From NCBI RefSeq assembly GCF_026571515.1, contig NW_026854050.1:1-64000 (forward strand): a DNA stretch of 64,000 nt, given 5' to 3'. The DNA comes from Ruditapes philippinarum. Its lineage: Eukaryota. The notes under the pieces were generated by a model. It did not search any database. It had not been told where the DNA came from and saw nothing but the letters and a program-made list of their open reading frames with translations. Shown here piece after piece: positions 61,101 to 64,000 of this stretch (position 1 is the first letter of the stretch; each line of letters starts with the position of its first letter). The position numbers and the translations under genes are program-made.

Positions 61101-62699
61101 TGTAATCAAACTTGGAATATAGCAACCTTATGTGGAAACTCCGGTTGGTATTGCATTTGGACCCCCTGGGGTCAAGGTCAAGGTCACCGTTACTAAAAAT
61201 AGAAAAATGGTTTCCGGACAATAACTAGAGTTAGGAATGAGATATTGTTATCAAACTTTGCGTATAGCAAGCTTATATGAAGACCTTGGTTGGTATTGCA
61301 TTTATGCCCCCTGGGGTCAAGGTCAAGGTCATGGTTACTAAAAATAGAAAAATGGTTTCCGGACAATAACTTGAGTTAGGAATGAGATATTGTAATCAAA
61401 CTTGGTGTATAGCAAGCTTATATGAAGACCTGGCTTGGTATTGCATTTGGACCCCCTTGGTTCAAGGTCAAGGTCACCGTTACTAAAAATAGAAAAATGG
61501 TTTCTGGACAATAACTAGAGTTAGGAATGAGATATTTATTAAAACTTGGTGTATAGCAAGCTTATATGAAGACCTGGGTTGGTATTGCATTTGGACCCCC
61601 TGGGGTCAAGGTCAAGGTCACCGTTACTAAAAATAGAAAAATGGTTTCTGGACAATAACTAGAGTTAGAAATGAGATATTGTAATCAAACTTGGTGTATA
61701 GCAAGCTTATATGAAGACCTGGGTTGGTATTGTTTTTGGACCCCCTGGGTTCAAGGTCAAGGTCACCGTTACTAAAAATAGAAAAATGGTTTCCGGACAA
61801 TTACTAGAGTTAGGAATGAGATATTGTATTCAAACTTTGTGAAAAGCAAGCTTATTTGGAGACCCCAGTTGGGATTACAATTAATGAACACAGTTGATAG
61901 TTTGTGTTGAAATTTTTCTTCAGACTACTTAGTTTTCAAAAAGTTGCGGGTGGGGGTATTAATCACCTTCAGTGATAGGTCTAGTTTTATCAACTGAAAA
62001 TACAAGCTATTTTCCAATCCACAGGAAAAAAAATCACAAATTTTTAGTTACAAAATAAAAATATTGAAAAAAAAAAAGAAAGAATTAAAATCTTTGGTTT
62101 CCTCTCAATAACTTGTTTGCTTTGGCCTATTGACAAAAAAATTGGTGTACGGCAGCTTATATCAAGATGCAGCTTGGGATTGCTACTTAGATATCTGGGA
62201 GCAAGGTCAAGGCACTTGCTTACAAGAGCATTTTCAGCTTCTTATCAATAATTTCAGTACACTTTGACCTATTGATACTTAATTTGGCATGTGTGTAGCT
62301 GAACATGTAGCTTACAGCCTGGCATTGATACTCCGGTAACTGATATGTTTTTATTTTAAAGTACTGAAACCAACTTTCTGTGTTGGTACAATTAACAGCA
62401 TCATCTTTTCTTCCCTGCCATATTTCATTCCTAATTTCTGTCACGTCAATACTTTGTGGTTGAAAACCTAGTTTTTGTCATTGTCCCATTGCATCCCTTC
62501 TTGACAGGGTACCAAAAATTAAAAGCTTTAAATTTGAGATACTTCTGAGGCTTAATGGGCCTTTAATGTTTGGGTTTTTTTATGAATTACAGAAGGACAA
62601 AGTGACCTTCCAGAGAGTAAATACCTGAGAGTTGAGAACAAAGTGTTCTATTTTGATGTCGGATCAAACAGACGAGGGGTGTATTTGCGTGTCTCAGAG
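46154..62699 (+). CDS. PURA: Transcriptional activator protein Pur-alpha (invertebrate PUR orthologue), 3' end beyond the window. Exons 46154-46193, 55171-55277, 57681-57783, 58355-58473, 60817-60937, 62593-62699; possible optional exons 48573-48614 and 54256-54276.
   Basis: [10 protein letters not shown] start; [32 protein letters not shown]; [18 protein letters not shown]; [17 protein letters not shown]; [27 protein letters not shown]. These are PUR repeats I-III, and all phases are consistent. Confidence 0.95.
48940..49258 (+). repeat. ~81-bp tandem repeat, 4 copies, each ending in a MITE-like terminus
   Basis: AATTGACCAAAGAGATTCATTCATAGAAGAAATAAGTTGAT..GATACAGTCAAACCTG repeated. Confidence 0.9.
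49247..49433. mobile_element. Degenerate Tc1/mariner-like MITE
   Basis: TA-CAGTCAAACCTGTG ... CACAGGTTTGGAAG-TA. Confidence 0.5.
49472..49903 (+). mobile_element. Short Helentron-type non-autonomous element (HINE-like)
   Basis: ATTATGCCCCCCTTCGAAGAAG..GGGGTATATTG start, GGTCAAAGGTCAAGGTCA motif, 3' GGGCATA plus hairpin TGTTTTACAAACA and TTGTT end. Confidence 0.6.
50128..50637. mobile_element. hAT-like MITE
   Basis: CAGGGATCAAAA / TTTTGATCCCTG TIR; no convincing TSD. Confidence 0.5.
50813..51060 (+). mobile_element. tRNA-derived SINE family C (MESC/RUDI-like)
   Basis: TGGCCGAGTGGTTAAG A box, GGTTCGAATCC B box, core TGTGAGGAAGCTATCCAGCTAGCT, (AAAC)n tail. Confidence 0.8.
51798..53050 (+). 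mobile_element. Helentron-type non-autonomous element carrying a 166-bp satellite array (6 full units plus a partial one)
   Basis: SubTIR GCTCGACTATTCG / CGAATAGTCGAGC, GTCGGC microrepeat, 3' hairpin CTGTC-CTCA-GACAG; units start at 51869, 52034, 52200, 52366, 52532, 52698, 52864. Confidence 0.88.
54879..55185 (+). repeat. 53-bp tandem repeat (6 copies) duplicating the 3' splice site and first 15 nt of the Pur-alpha PUR-I exon
   Basis: TATAATTTCAG|TGTCTGGGGAACAAG with the AG ending at 54905, 54958, 55011, 55064, 55117, 55170. Confidence 0.95.
58600..60030 (-). mobile_element. Inverted copy of the 9823-10825 repeat family, split by a nested transposon
   Basis: TTTACACCGGTGCTA..GTCTTACAC..GACAAGTC at the left and CAGACCAGAATATCTAGCT / AGCTAGATATTCTGGTCTG at the right. 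Confidence 0.65.
58749..59739. mobile_element. 991-bp non-autonomous TIR transposon with 9-bp TSD
   Basis: Perfect 12-bp TIR CATACATGTGAC / GTCACATGTATG; TSD TCTTAGAAT at 58740-58748 and 59740-59748; subterminal TCCCGAT and AATCCAG repeats. Confidence 0.85.
60980..61987 (+). mobile_element. Helentron-type non-autonomous element with a 145-bp tandem array (5 full units plus a partial one)
   Basis: ATACCCCCAC / GTGGGGGTAT subTIRs, GTCG/GTCC microsatellite, 3' hairpin ATCAC-CTTCA-GTGAT; units at 61062, 61207, 61352, 61497, 61641, 61786. Confidence 0.88.
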
Positions 62700-63277
62700 G
62701 TTTGTATCGTATAATTGTTTGGTTTTACAGGTTTTTGTCCCCCCTGCTTTGGGAATGGTGCCGGTAACGGACAGATTGGGGAAAAATGCATTGGTTTGAC
62801 TCAAATTGGTAATTTTACTTTAAGATGCCAAATATTCATGGGGAATTTCTTTTATCCATGGAGACATGCAAATTATACATAATATACACTTCTAAACCAT
62901 GTGTATTTAACTTATAATATTTTTGGCTATTTTAGGTTGAAAATGAAAAAAAAAAAATTACAATTATTGTACAAAATGAATGATGTTTAGGTGAGAAACA
63001 CTAAAAGTACAAAATGAACTGGGTACAAATATCGCTTATCAGTATGGAAGCATCCATTACTGTTTATGTTTACCTTTAAATTTACCGATTTTTGAGGAAA
63101 TTATCAGTGTTATTTTTGGAATTTATCAGTTATGAATTGGGAAATTTGCTGTTTATTTTCAATTGGGAACGATGCCGTTTTCCGGTATAAGTTATATAAG
63201 GGGGAAAAAATGCTGGGTTATATCACATTCTAACACTATCGGAAATTTTTCTATATAAAACAAAGAAGGCCCGAAGC

Positions 63278-64000
63278 GTGCATTATTCTACAACAATGCA
63301 TTCGCTGTTCTTATTATCTCCCTGTGTATTTTCACATTGAGGGTGCCATTTTGTTTGAAAATTCTGATAAATAAAAACAATTTTTTGTCGAACTTTGTTG
63401 TGTAATGAAAGAAAATGGTATAACTAAGAAAATGAATCCGAACACCATTATCTTTTATTCAGTCGTTTACGCTGTACCGACCTTTAAAGTATTGTTTACA
63501 TGACATCGCAATTTAGCACCAAACAGCACATGCAAAACAATCAAATCAAGTAAGCTATTTTAATGTCACAAACGAGTTAAGTTTTACATTTATTTCACTT
63601 TTAATAATTTTTATTTCGCTTGAAAAATAATAGAATGAAATAGAATAAACAAACAAAGTTTTATCAACGTTTTCAAAATGCGTTATTCTCAAAATGTTTC
63701 TACACAGGGAAGATTTAAACAGTTTTTTTCATACCACTGTAACAGCCTTTAAAGAACGTTTCTGTTTGAAACTCTGAGGCGAAAACAAATTTAACCACCA
63801 AACATAAAGTTCAACATTATAATAATAATTATATTTTTTCTTAACGTGTTAGAATGGAAATAGATATTAATTCTTTGTGCATTATTGTATAATAATGCAA
63901 GTTTTTCGTTCAAATGTTTTGTAATTAATCACTCAGGCATATCGGCCTTCGTGATTATATTACTACGCATTTGAACTCAAACCATGCATTATTCTACAAC
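63278..64000 (-). mobile_element. Inverted copy of the palindrome-headed repeat at 9070-9822 (runs off the window)
   Basis: Colinear reverse-complement similarity over ~720 bp. Confidence 0.8.

Noticed and set aside
62728-63215. hAT-like MITE with CAGG..GCTG ends
   Set aside because: The TIRs are degenerate and there is no matching TSD, so it is too weak to call.

Overview
AT-rich eukaryotic genomic DNA with spliceosomal introns and dense repeats, most likely a bivalve mollusc (inferred from the SINE, MITE and Helentron-type repeat styles). I reconstructed four host genes by reading splice sites and phases. (1) A secreted protein with an IgGFc-binding (FCGBP-N) domain plus two Ly6/uPAR-like three-finger domains ending in -IIVG (436-8968, +). 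(2) A secreted PAN-like + 15 Sushi/CCP + EB/EGF-like + PAN protein (14175-24970, +); 14 of its CCP modules sit in one exon and its first exon is corrupted. (3) A partly resolved unknown basic protein on the minus strand (37231-45979). (4) Pur-alpha (46154 to beyond the window end, +), head-to-head with gene 3; its first PUR exon is preceded by six tandem copies of its own 3' splice site. The main finding is an intact ~5.05 kb DIRS-group tyrosine-recombinase retrotransposon (27100-32144, -) inserted cleanly into a tRNA-SINE, which fixes its ends to within 1 nt. It has no long ITRs or split direct repeats, only 9-13 nt complementary segments that match the predicted circle junction. It has a GT-AG intron in gag whose donor fits both the RT-RNaseH-MTase frame and the YR frame, and a ~200-aa RNase H insertion built on a cluster of ETS motifs. 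The rest is MITEs (several with clear TSDs), tRNA-SINEs, satellite-bearing Helentron-like elements, minisatellites and two assembly gaps. All calls come from manual reading; no database searches were run.
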